64,000 nt of DNA from Flavobacterium sp. (GTDB taxonomy: Bacteria; Bacteroidota; Bacteroidia; Flavobacteriales; Flavobacteriaceae): positions 922 through 64,921 of the forward strand of contig QQUG01000022.1 of NCBI GenBank assembly GCA_008501705.1. The letters run 5' to 3'. Under the pieces are notes generated by a model, which was not told where the DNA came from, searched no databases, and saw only the letters and a program-made list of their open reading frames with translations. A program made the translations under genes and the position numbers. How positions within the stretch are numbered: position 1 is the stretch's first letter; the number at the start of each line of letters is the position of its first letter. This document shows positions 27,288-36,407 of the stretch, in pieces.

Positions 27288-27794
27288 ATGGCAGATGAGA
27301 TAATAAACAGGGTTGCAAACAGCAAATTGGTCACTTTCGATCTGGAGGATCACTATCCCCAGGGCGACCGTATTTTACTGGATATTTCAGAATGGTTATT
27401 TGAAGGTATAGTGCTCCGGGAAAAGGAGTTCAGAAATTATGTGAAGAAGCATGATTGGAGTAAATACAACAACGCATATCTAGCCGTAGGATGTTCTACA
27501 GAGGCGATCGTTCCGGCCTGGGCCTATATGCTGGTATCGCTGCATGCTTCCAAATATGCTAAAAAAGTCGTATTTGGAGATCTAACCACCCTCGAAACCA
27601 TATTATTTACCGAAATTATCGACACCCTCGACCTTAGTGAATACCGGGATAAACCTGTGATCATAAAAGGTTGTACCCATAAACCTATTCCGCAAAACGC
27701 ATATCTTCTCCTGGCTCAGAAACTTCAAAAGACGGCCAGCAGTATCATGTATGGTGAAGCCTGTTCGTCCGTACCGCTTTTTAAGAAAAAATGA
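27288..27794 (+). CDS. DUF2480 family protein
   Basis: IINRVANSKLVTFDLED, AIVPAWAYML, VIIKGC and YGEACSSVP; a Bacteroidota suf-associated family. Confidence 0.85.
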   Translation: MADEIINRVANSKLVTFDLEDHYPQGDRILLDISEWLFEGIVLREKEFRNYVKKHDWSKYNNAYLAVGCSTEAIVPAWAYMLVSLHASKYAKKVVFGDLTTLETILFTEIIDTLDLSEYRDKPVIIKGCTHKPIPQNAYLLLAQKLQKTASSIMYGEACSSVPLFKKK

Positions 27795-27912
27795 TCCGTC
27801 TTTCCGCTTAGCGAAATGTTGCTTCCTTTTATCGAAAATGAATTAATTTAAAGAATTCTGTTTTCTCAGATATCTGATTAATAGTAATTTTACCGCCTTA
27901 AATAACAATACC

Positions 27913-28833
27913 ATGAAAAAACTAGTAATACTTGCAATTTTATTGATAGCTCCATTTGCCTTATTTGCACAGGACGAGGAGAAAAAAGACGAACCGAAAG
28001 ACGGTTGGTCGAAGTCTGGAAATATGTCTCTGCTTTTCAGCCAGGCTGCATTCAACGACGAATGGACCGGTGGTGGAACCTCAAACTACGCCGCCAACCT
28101 GTCTCTTGCCTACGATGCTAATTACCGCCAGGGTAAATTGGCCTGGGATAACCGAATCATGGCCGACTATGGTATCACTAAAACAAAAGACCAGGAGTTT
28201 ACTCGTAAAACCAACGACAGATTAGAACTGAACTCAATTCTTGGGCGCCAGATCAATGAAAGTAATTGGTACTATTCATTCTTTATGAATTTCAGAACCC
28301 AGTTTACTTCCGGTTATACCTATAGTACAGACAATGCAGGTAATGAGATCCGCACCGAAACCACTAAGTTATTATCTCCAGGTTACCTTCAGGGTGGCCC
28401 CGGATTTCTGTGGAAGAAAAATGACAATCTGAAAGTGAACATCGCTCCTGCTACTGCCAAATTGATATTTGTAAGCAGCGAGTTTACCGATGTGGGTAAT
28501 GACCCGGCTCTAATCATGGCTTTCAATGATGCCGGTGGTTATTTTGGAGTTGAAGCTAACGAATCTACTCGTTTCGAATTTGGTGCTGCACTAGGGGCAT
28601 ACGCCAAGTTTGAAGTGATGCCCAATGTGAAACTCGAGAATATTCTGAACCTTTACAGCAATTATCTGGAAGATCCGCAAAATGTGGATATCGACTATAC
28701 GCTTAACCTTGTTATGGCCGTGAACAAATGGATTACAGCAAATGCTACCTTCCAGGCGATCTATGATGATAATGCCGTACAAGGATTCCAGATCCGGGAA
28801 GCTCTGGGAATTGGGATTACTTACGGACTTTAA
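27913..28833 (+). CDS. DUF3078 family outer-membrane beta-barrel protein
   Basis: Signal peptide; LLFSQAAF..W.GGG, RKTNDRLE, FRTQF.SGY, LSPGY and alternating beta strands ending in an aromatic-rich C-terminus. Confidence 0.75.
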   Translation: MKKLVILAILLIAPFALFAQDEEKKDEPKDGWSKSGNMSLLFSQAAFNDEWTGGGTSNYAANLSLAYDANYRQGKLAWDNRIMADYGITKTKDQEFTRKTNDRLELNSILGRQINESNWYYSFFMNFRTQFTSGYTYSTDNAGNEIRTETTKLLSPGYLQGGPGFLWKKNDNLKVNIAPATAKLIFVSSEFTDVGNDPALIMAFNDAGGYFGVEANESTRFEFGAALGAYAKFEVMPNVKLENILNLYSNYLEDPQNVDIDYTLNLVMAVNKWITANATFQAIYDDNAVQGFQIREALGIGITYGL

Positions 28834-28849
28834 TATTTTTTTACTGAAT

Positions 28850-28875
28850 AAAAAGCCGGCAAATGCCGGCTTTTT
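28850..28875. terminator. Bidirectional intrinsic terminator
   Basis: AAAAAGCCGGC-aaat-GCCGGCTTTTT between the convergent DUF3078 gene and hflX. Confidence 0.85.
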
Positions 28876-28922
28876 TATTGTTTAAAAGTCTGCCGTCTTC
28901 TGAAGGTTCAGAAGAAAAAATA

Positions 28923-30128
28923 TCATTCTAAGAATTCGGGGTAAAGAAAGTTATTATAAGGGAAACGGGTAATATGTATTTCTCTTACTTTCTCATAAAC
29001 TACCTTGCGGAATTCTTCCAGGTTTTCTTTATTTAGGGCTGAAATAAATATTGCATCTCCGTTTACTCTACTCATCCAGGTGCGTTTCCATTCCTCCAGT
29101 GTATAATGTGCTTTGGTCTTCTCGGTAACCAGGTCGTCACTCTCAATGATCTCGGGTTCGAAGGCATCGATCTTATTAAACACCATTAGCACCGGTTTAT
29201 CCGAACTTCCTATCTCATCCAGGATCTGGTTCACCGAATCGATATGATCCTCAAAGGAAGGGTGGGAAATATCAACCACATGCAGTAGCAGATCGGCTTC
29301 CCGAACCTCGTCCAGTGTACTTTTAAAAGATTCTACCAACTGCGTGGGCAACTTCCGTATAAATCCTACCGTGTCACTAAGTAAAAAAGGAAGATTCCCA
29401 ATAACAACTTTTCTCACTGTGGTGTCCAGGGTTGCAAATAATTTGTTCTCGGCGAAGACCTCACTTTTGCTTATCACATTCATGAGAGTAGATTTACCAA
29501 CGTTGGTATATCCCACTAAGGCAACACGTACCAGCGCACCTCTGTTGCCCCGCTGAACTTCCATCTGCCGGTCGATCTTTGCCAACTTCTTTTTCAGCAA
29601 AGAGATCCGGTCACGCACAATACGCCTGTCGGTCTCGATCTCAGTTTCCCCGGGACCGCGCATACCAATACCTCCTCGTTGTCGTTCCAGGTGAGTCCAC
29701 ATCCCTGCCAGCCTTGGCAATAAGTATTCGTACTGGGCGAGTTCCACCTGGGTACGGGCATAACTTGTTTTGGCTCTTTGAGCAAATATGTCGAGGATAA
29801 GGTTGGTGCGATCGATGATCTTGCACTTTAGGATTCGTTCTATATTCTTTTGTTGAGCTGGCGATAATTCATCGTCAAAGATGGCAGTGCCTATATCATT
29901 TTCTCGCACGTATTCTTCCACTTCAGCCATTTTACCCGAACCAATAAATGTCTTTGGATTGGGCATTTCCATCTTCTGTACAAATCGTTTTAAAACCTCA
30001 CCGCCGGCAGTATAAGCCAGGAATTCAAGTTCGTCCAGGTATTCGGTAGATTTTGCCTCGTCCTGCTGTTGAGTGATCAATCCAATGAGGATTGTCTTTT
30101 CGTAAATTATATCTTCTTTTTCTAACAT
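28923..30128 (-). CDS. hflX: Ribosome-splitting GTPase HflX
   Basis: LILDIFAQRA, GPGETEIETDRR, G1 GYTNVGKST, LFATLDTT, DTVGFI and NKID. Confidence 0.97.
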   Translation of the reverse strand: MLEKEDIIYEKTILIGLITQQQDEAKSTEYLDELEFLAYTAGGEVLKRFVQKMEMPNPKTFIGSGKMAEVEEYVRENDIGTAIFDDELSPAQQKNIERILKCKIIDRTNLILDIFAQRAKTSYARTQVELAQYEYLLPRLAGMWTHLERQRGGIGMRGPGETEIETDRRIVRDRISLLKKKLAKIDRQMEVQRGNRGALVRVALVGYTNVGKSTLMNVISKSEVFAENKLFATLDTTVRKVVIGNLPFLLSDTVGFIRKLPTQLVESFKSTLDEVREADLLLHVVDISHPSFEDHIDSVNQILDEIGSSDKPVLMVFNKIDAFEPEIIESDDLVTEKTKAHYTLEEWKRTWMSRVNGDAIFISALNKENLEEFRKVVYEKVREIHITRFPYNNFLYPEFLE

Positions 30129-30145
30129 AAATCTTAATAGGTGGG

Positions 30146-30153
30146 CAAAGATA
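30146..30153 (-). promoter_or_regulatory. -7 element (TATCTTTG) for hflX
   Basis: CAAAGATA on the plus strand, 17 nt upstream of the start. Confidence 0.55.
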
Positions 30154-30207
30154 CAAAAGCTTTGCTTCGGAATTTTGTAATTTACAGGGCTTTATACTGC
30201 GGATTTT

Positions 30208-31167
30208 ATGCTGAAAAAGGAAAACCACAACTACTACACCTTCGCTTTTTACAACGTGGAGAATCTTTTCGACACGCGAAACGATCCGAAAACCATGGAC
30301 GACGACTTCACCGCAAAGTCTAACAGGAACTGGAACGAAAAACGCTTCAGAAAAAAACTTAGAAAAATGGGAAGAGTAATTTCCCAGATAGGATTTGATG
30401 AAATTGGTCATCCGCCGGTTTTAATAGGCCTGGCAGAAATTGAAAACAGGTTTGTACTGGAAGAACTTGTTTCGTCTAAATATTTAAAACACAAACACTA
30501 TGGGATCGCGCATATAGATTCGCCCGATGAACGAGGTATAGACACGGCCCTGCTTTACCGAAAAGACCACCTGCAAATAAAAAATATCACGGCGCATACA
30601 GTACACGTGGTAAACGAAGAAGGCATACGGGATTACACCCGGGATATACTGGAGGTCGAAGCCATTTTGGATGATTTTACAATTCATGTTCTGGTGAACC
30701 ACTGGCCTTCCCGCAGAAAGGGTGTAGAAGAGACAGCCTTCCGAAGAATGGCAGCTTCTGTAAAAGCCAAAGAGATCGTGCAACAGATACAAGCGATCAA
30801 TCCTAATGCAAGGATCATGGTTATGGGAGATTTTAACGATGATCCTGAAAGCAAAAGTATAAAGTATCTCGTGGGAACCACCTTCTACAATCCCATGGAG
30901 ATTCTGCTCACCCGAGATGAGGGTAGTGTGAACTACAGGGGTGACTGGTTTTTATTCGATCAGATCCTGATATCCCATAATTTCATGCAGCAGCATGGCA
31001 ACGATTTTCGCTTTCAAAAAGCATCCATTTTTAATCCCAAACATCTTCAGGAATACCAGGGAAGAAGAAAAGGAAACCCATTCCGAACCTTTCTGGGACG
31101 CCGATATGCAGGAGGATTGAGCGATCATTTCCCTGTTTACACCATATGTTCAATTGAAAAATCGTAA
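30208..31167 (+). CDS. Endonuclease/exonuclease/phosphatase (EEP) family protein without a signal peptide
   Basis: AFYNVENLFD, GLAEIEN, DERGIDTALLY, VNHWPSR, MGDFND, LFDQI and SDHFPV. Confidence 0.88.
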   Translation: MLKKENHNYYTFAFYNVENLFDTRNDPKTMDDDFTAKSNRNWNEKRFRKKLRKMGRVISQIGFDEIGHPPVLIGLAEIENRFVLEELVSSKYLKHKHYGIAHIDSPDERGIDTALLYRKDHLQIKNITAHTVHVVNEEGIRDYTRDILEVEAILDDFTIHVLVNHWPSRRKGVEETAFRRMAASVKAKEIVQQIQAINPNARIMVMGDFNDDPESKSIKYLVGTTFYNPMEILLTRDEGSVNYRGDWFLFDQILISHNFMQQHGNDFRFQKASIFNPKHLQEYQGRRKGNPFRTFLGRRYAGGLSDHFPVYTICSIEKS

Positions 31168-31287
31168 ATTTCTATTAACATGTTTTTAGTCGGGAATTTC
31201 TCACATTTTATCTAAAAAAAAGTAAGGTATTAACTACCTTTATATTTTTAACTATTTTAGTGCATCAAAACAACCAACCCTACCCTC

Positions 31288-33312
31288 ATGAAAAAAGATT
31301 ACACCTTCGACTTTTCATACTTAAACCGAAGATTTAACACCGCAATTGTCAGCTTTTTACTGTTTTTCATTTCTTCTGTGGCTTTGGCACAAGGGCCCGG
31401 ATGTCCTAATGTTGATGCAGGTGCCGATGTAGACCTGGACTGTGGAGTGGACTGTGTGGATCTTACTGCCAGTTTTTTACAAACCGGTGAGACCACAAGT
31501 TACGAAGTTACTTCTATCGACTATTCTCCTCCATTCCCTTTTACCGGAGGAACACCGGTATCTGTGAATACAGATGATGTCTGGTCACCTATTATACCGA
31601 TTCCTTTTGATTTTTGTTTTTTTGGGGAAACTTATTCTGAAATGATCATCGGTTCGAATGGGGTGGTTGCCTTCGATTTTACACAGTCTGATACCACACC
31701 AAATGGCTTCTGCCAATGGAGCTTCGAACCTACCGAAACTATTCCTGATCCCGTTGAATTATTTCGAACCACTATTTTTGGCGCCTATATGGATATCAAC
31801 CCAGCCGTAACCGGTTCGGGTCAGATTAATTTCGAAGTATTCGGTACTGCGCCCTGCCGAACCATGGTTATCAATTTTCCTGATGTGCCGTATTTCAGCT
31901 GCAACAACCTTATTATGACCTCTCAGATCGTGATGTATGAAACAACCAATGTGATAGAGGTATATATCGAAGAACGTTCAGACCAATGTTCCGGTTGGAA
32001 TGACGGCCTTGCCATCATTGGTATTCAGAACCAGGACGGAACAGTTGGTTTTACACCTCCGGGAAGAAATACAGGAAACTGGTCTGCAACACAAGAAGCA
32101 TGGAGATTTACTCCTAACGGAACTTCAAATGTTGATTTCTCCTGGCTGGACGCGAGCGGGACAGTGTTGGGAACAGATCCTACTTTAAATGTTTGTCCTA
32201 CAGACCCTGTAACCGAATATACCGCGCAAGCGATCTATACCAATTGTAACGGTGATGTGATCACAGAAACAGATACGGTTACCGTAACCAAAGTTGCTTC
32301 TTTTACAGTAGACCTTGGTGAAGATCAGCAATTCTGCGATGTTGCATCATACGATATCACTGCCGATGTTCAGGGGATCGATCCAGCCCAGGCCACCTAC
32401 CTGTGGAATACTGGAGCCACTACGCAGACCATCACAGTCACTCAAACAGGAACCTATACCTGTGAAGTTACCTTCGACACCTGTACATTGATGGATAGTG
32501 TGGATATAGAATTTAATGAGGATCCCGATATCGATCTTGGTCCCGATTTCGAAACTTGTTTTGAAAACCCGGTTGTCCTGGACGCTTCTCCTTCTAATTA
32601 TGATCCCGCTTTGGCCACCTACGAGTGGAGTCTGGATGGGGTAGTAATCGCCGGAGCAACAAGCCCTACCTTAACGGTAGTTGTGGGCGGAACGTATTCG
32701 GTATTTGTAACTGTGGGTATATGCTCGAGTAATGATACTATAGTGATCTCTCCAAGGAGTGATCTGGAAGTTTCTCTAGGAGATGATTTTAAATCCTGTC
32801 CAAATGAACCTCAAACCCTTACGGCGGTTACCAGTGAAACAGATGTTACCTTCGAATGGTTGCTGAATGGTGATACTATAGAAGGAGAGACAAGCAACAC
32901 TTTGGAAGTAATGCTTGAGGAAGGTGTTATGGGAACACAAACCTATACGGTGATCATCACTAAAGGGGAGTGTACCGGAACAGACGATCTTAATATTGAA
33001 ACCTACGATGTTGGAAATTGTGTGATCTCTCAAGGTATTTCACCTAATGGGTCTCCGGGCTTCAATGACGAATTGGATCTTGAATTCCTTTCAGACAGAG
33101 CAGGAGGAATTTTACAAATTCAGATATTTAACAGGCTTGGTCTGGTTGTTTATCAGAGAAGCAATTATGTGAACGAATGGGTGGGACAATCGGACGACGG
33201 AAACGAATTACCTACCGGAACATACTTCTATGTGATTGATCTGGCTTCTGAAGATCCGGTTTACGGTGCGCAGGCCACAGGGTGGATTTACCTGAATCGC
33301 GACGCCAATTAA
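31288..33312 (+). CDS. T9SS type-B (gliding-motility/CHU_C CTD) secreted surface protein with a nidogen-like N-terminal region and Ig-like repeats
   Basis: DDVWSPIIPIPFDFCFFGETY...GSNGVVAF; repeated (V/I)DLG.D...C...YLW/YEW units; CTD ISQGISPNG...FNRLG..VY...W.G...LPTGTYFYVI...GWIYLNR. Confidence 0.85.
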   Translation: MKKDYTFDFSYLNRRFNTAIVSFLLFFISSVALAQGPGCPNVDAGADVDLDCGVDCVDLTASFLQTGETTSYEVTSIDYSPPFPFTGGTPVSVNTDDVWSPIIPIPFDFCFFGETYSEMIIGSNGVVAFDFTQSDTTPNGFCQWSFEPTETIPDPVELFRTTIFGAYMDINPAVTGSGQINFEVFGTAPCRTMVINFPDVPYFSCNNLIMTSQIVMYETTNVIEVYIEERSDQCSGWNDGLAIIGIQNQDGTVGFTPPGRNTGNWSATQEAWRFTPNGTSNVDFSWLDASGTVLGTDPTLNVCPTDPVTEYTAQAIYTNCNGDVITETDTVTVTKVASFTVDLGEDQQFCDVASYDITADVQGIDPAQATYLWNTGATTQTITVTQTGTYTCEVTFDTCTLMDSVDIEFNEDPDIDLGPDFETCFENPVVLDASPSNYDPALATYEWSLDGVVIAGATSPTLTVVVGGTYSVFVTVGICSSNDTIVISPRSDLEVSLGDDFKSCPNEPQTLTAVTSETDVTFEWLLNGDTIEGETSNTLEVMLEEGVMGTQTYTVIITKGECTGTDDLNIETYDVGNCVISQGISPNGSPGFNDELDLEFLSDRAGGILQIQIFNRLGLVVYQRSNYVNEWVGQSDDGNELPTGTYFYVIDLASEDPVYGAQATGWIYLNRDAN

Positions 33313-33333
33313 GCTCAAAGACAACAATCACTT

Positions 33334-35445
33334 ATGAAAAAACTAATCACATGTGCATCCTTATTGGTGAGTGCTTTAACTTTCGCACAATCCATCTCGG
33401 TTAATGACCCTGCCGATCCTCAAAGTGCTTTTACAGCCGAAGAATTGATACAGGAGGTGCTCGTTAGCGGATCGTCATGTGTGGAAATTGAACTCACTAA
33501 CCTTGCCGAAAATCCGGACGGTGTTGGTAACATTGCCGAGCAAAGCTGGGGGTATTTTCAGAATAATGGAGGCACCTTCCCATTCGAGGAAGGGATCATT
33601 TTATCTTCAGGATTTGCGGTAAGTGCAGAAGGCCCTAATTCCGAAACAGGCACGTCCGACGGTGGGCTGAACTGGCCTGGTGATGTCGACCTAAAAGCAC
33701 TGCTGGACAATCAGTACGGAACAAATGTAGACACCAACAATGCCACGGTTTTCGAATTTACCTTTGTATCCAGTCTGGATGAAGCGACCTTCGAATTTAT
33801 ATTCGCTTCCGAAGAATATGAAAATCAATGGGAATGCAGCGATGATTTTCGCGATGGTTTCGCCTTCCTCATAAAAGGCCCGGGCATTCCAAATGTCTCC
33901 GGAGCTCCCTTTGGCGGGACGAATGTAGCTGCCGTTCCCGGTTCTAATAATGTCCCGGTTAGTACGGCCTCTATCCATAGCGATACCTTCTTATGTGGTT
34001 TCGAAATACTGGGAACGAATTACTTTCCGGACCTCTACGTTACAAATTCGAATCCGCCAACCAATGAAATTGAATTCGACGGACTTACAGTAACCTTAAC
34101 AACTGCTACTATAGATATTATTCCCAATGAAGTTTATACCATCAAAATGGTTTTGGCAGACCGGGGAGATACCGCCTTCGATTCGGCTGTATTTTTAAAA
34201 GCAGGAAGTTTCAATATTGGAAATGTAGATCTGGGAGATGACATCCTACTGGGAGACCCCGAAGCCCAATGCGAGGGAGAAATAATTACCCTGGATGCAG
34301 GTGATAATCCGGACGCAGATTATCAATGGTTTAAAGATGGGGTAGCCATCCCCGGTGCGACCAATCAAACCCTGGATATTTCGGAAACAGGACTGTACAG
34401 AGTAGAACTTACCTTCGCGGCTACACCCGAATGTATAGTAAGTGATGAGATCCTAGTGGAATTCTTCACGGTTCCGGAATTCGATCTTGGCGATGACAGC
34501 CTGATTTGCGATAAAGAAATTATTACCCTGGACGCCACTCCTACCAACTCCAGTGAGCTAACAGGTATTTCATATAAATGGTTCAGAGATGAAGTAGAGA
34601 TCCCGGGTGAAATAACCGCCACCCTGGACGTTTCAGAAACCGGCCAATACGCCGCCGAAGTAACAGGAAACGGATGTGTGATCAGCGATTCTGTTTTTAT
34701 CGAGCTGGTTTCATTTACCGTAGATATAGGAGACTTTGTTGAGCCCTGCGGTGACAGTTCGTTCGAGATCGTACCTATTATTGTTGGTGCAGATCCTTCG
34801 GGAGCATCGTATCTGTGGAGTACTGGAGAAACAACTCCTACGATCACTGTAACAGCGGATGGGGTATATAGTGTGGAAGTAACTATTGATGGTTGTACAG
34901 AGTTTGACGATGTTACCATTAATTTCAGAACACTGCCGGAAATAGAGCTGGGTGAGGATATTGTAAAGTGCGCCCAGGAAGTTCGCATATTAACAGCAAC
35001 TCCTATAAACGCGGGTGGTTCGACCTTTACTTATACCTGGTACCGGGATGGTGGGGAAATAGAAGGTGAGATTTCAGAAACCCTTGAAGTGACCGAAGAA
35101 GGAATCTATACTGTGGAAGTAAATGACGACGGATGTATTGGCACCGACAGTATAAATGTGCAATTCTATGCCAATGAAAATTGTGTGATAACCCAGGGGA
35201 TCTCCCCCAATGGGGACAACATGAACGATACGCTGGACCTGGAATTCCTGAACGACCGTTCCGGAATCGTAAAATTATCCATTTACAACAGGCTGGGATT
35301 ATTAGTTTATGAAAAAGAACAGTATGTGAACGAATGGATGGGACAAACAGATGATGGTTCCGAACTTCCTGTAGGCACTTATTTCTATACGATCGAATTA
35401 CAAACCGAAGAACCGCTAAGCGGTTGGATATATTTAAACAGATAA
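33334..35445 (+). CDS. T9SS type-B secreted protein with an N-terminal choice-of-anchor L domain and Ig-like repeats
   Basis: FEEGIILSSG, FEFIFASEEY, DGFAFLI, FDGLT..L, MVLADRGD.AFDSAVFL (choice-of-anchor L); CTD ITQGISPNGD...YNRLG...LPVGTYFY...GWIYLNR. Confidence 0.87.
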   Translation: MKKLITCASLLVSALTFAQSISVNDPADPQSAFTAEELIQEVLVSGSSCVEIELTNLAENPDGVGNIAEQSWGYFQNNGGTFPFEEGIILSSGFAVSAEGPNSETGTSDGGLNWPGDVDLKALLDNQYGTNVDTNNATVFEFTFVSSLDEATFEFIFASEEYENQWECSDDFRDGFAFLIKGPGIPNVSGAPFGGTNVAAVPGSNNVPVSTASIHSDTFLCGFEILGTNYFPDLYVTNSNPPTNEIEFDGLTVTLTTATIDIIPNEVYTIKMVLADRGDTAFDSAVFLKAGSFNIGNVDLGDDILLGDPEAQCEGEIITLDAGDNPDADYQWFKDGVAIPGATNQTLDISETGLYRVELTFAATPECIVSDEILVEFFTVPEFDLGDDSLICDKEIITLDATPTNSSELTGISYKWFRDEVEIPGEITATLDVSETGQYAAEVTGNGCVISDSVFIELVSFTVDIGDFVEPCGDSSFEIVPIIVGADPSGASYLWSTGETTPTITVTADGVYSVEVTIDGCTEFDDVTINFRTLPEIELGEDIVKCAQEVRILTATPINAGGSTFTYTWYRDGGEIEGEISETLEVTEEGIYTVEVNDDGCIGTDSINVQFYANENCVITQGISPNGDNMNDTLDLEFLNDRSGIVKLSIYNRLGLLVYEKEQYVNEWMGQTDDGSELPVGTYFYTIELQTEEPLSGWIYLNR

Positions 35446-35467
35446 CAACCAATAATAACTAATTATA

Positions 35468-36382
35468 ATGAAAAAACTGTCGCTATTAGTACTCTTACTA
35501 GCTATACTGAGCACCGAATTTATTACGGCGCAACAAGACCCGCAGTATACGCAATACATGTACAATATGAACGTGGTAAACCCTGCCTACGCAGGTTCTA
35601 AAGAAAGCCTTTCCCTTACCGCCTTATACAGGAAGCAATGGTCTGGTTTCGATGGAGCTCCTGAGACATTTACCTTCTCGGCTCACACTCCCTTTGGAGA
35701 CAAAGTAGGTTTAGGATTATCTGCGATCAAGGATGAGCTCGGGCCTGTGAGTGAAACTAACGTATATGCCGATTTCTCTTACACCCTGGAAATTGGTGGT
35801 AACACTAAGGTTGCTTTGGGTATTAAAGCAGGTGCTACCTTTCACGATGTTGGTTTAACAGATCTCGAACTGCAGGATCCTAACGATCCTTTCTTTTCAC
35901 AGGACATTAGCAGTACATATCCCAATGTAGGTGCCGGAGCCTTTTTATATGGCGACAATTTTTATGTAGGCCTTTCGGTACCGAACTTACTTAATTCTGT
36001 TCACCTTGATGAGAACGGCTTGAAGTATGGTTCTGAAACCAATCATTATTTCGCAACTGCCGGATACGTTTTCCAGGTTTCGGAAAATGTAAAACTAAAA
36101 CCCTCAGTAATGGTTAAGTCGGCTTTCGATGCTCCTGTTTCCTTCGACGGAAACCTTAATGCACTCTTCTTTGAGAAATTCGAGATTGGTGCTTCATACC
36201 GATTAGACGATTCGTTCAGTGGCCTTGTCGGGTTCCAGGTTACTGAAAATATCCGGGTTGGATATGCTTACGACTATATAACATCTGATCTTGATGCCGT
36301 GGCAGATGCTTCACATGAAGTGATCTTGACCTTCGATCTGTTCTTTAATAAACGAACACTACGCTCACCGAGATACTTCTAA
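35468..36382 (+). CDS. PorP/SprF family T9SS outer-membrane barrel
   Basis: AQQDPQYTQYMYN...NPAYAG, YRKQWSG..GAP, GASYR and GYAYD...SHE; directly follows the type-B CTD genes. Confidence 0.92.
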   Translation: MKKLSLLVLLLAILSTEFITAQQDPQYTQYMYNMNVVNPAYAGSKESLSLTALYRKQWSGFDGAPETFTFSAHTPFGDKVGLGLSAIKDELGPVSETNVYADFSYTLEIGGNTKVALGIKAGATFHDVGLTDLELQDPNDPFFSQDISSTYPNVGAGAFLYGDNFYVGLSVPNLLNSVHLDENGLKYGSETNHYFATAGYVFQVSENVKLKPSVMVKSAFDAPVSFDGNLNALFFEKFEIGASYRLDDSFSGLVGFQVTENIRVGYAYDYITSDLDAVADASHEVILTFDLFFNKRTLRSPRYF

Positions 36383-36407
36383 TCACTAAAATCTAAGTTC
36401 AGTTACG

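Noticed and set aside
34365-35452. 207-aa and 141-aa minus-strand ORFs
   Set aside because: Antisense to the choice-of-anchor L gene; they reflect codon bias of the Thr/Val/Asp-rich Ig repeats.
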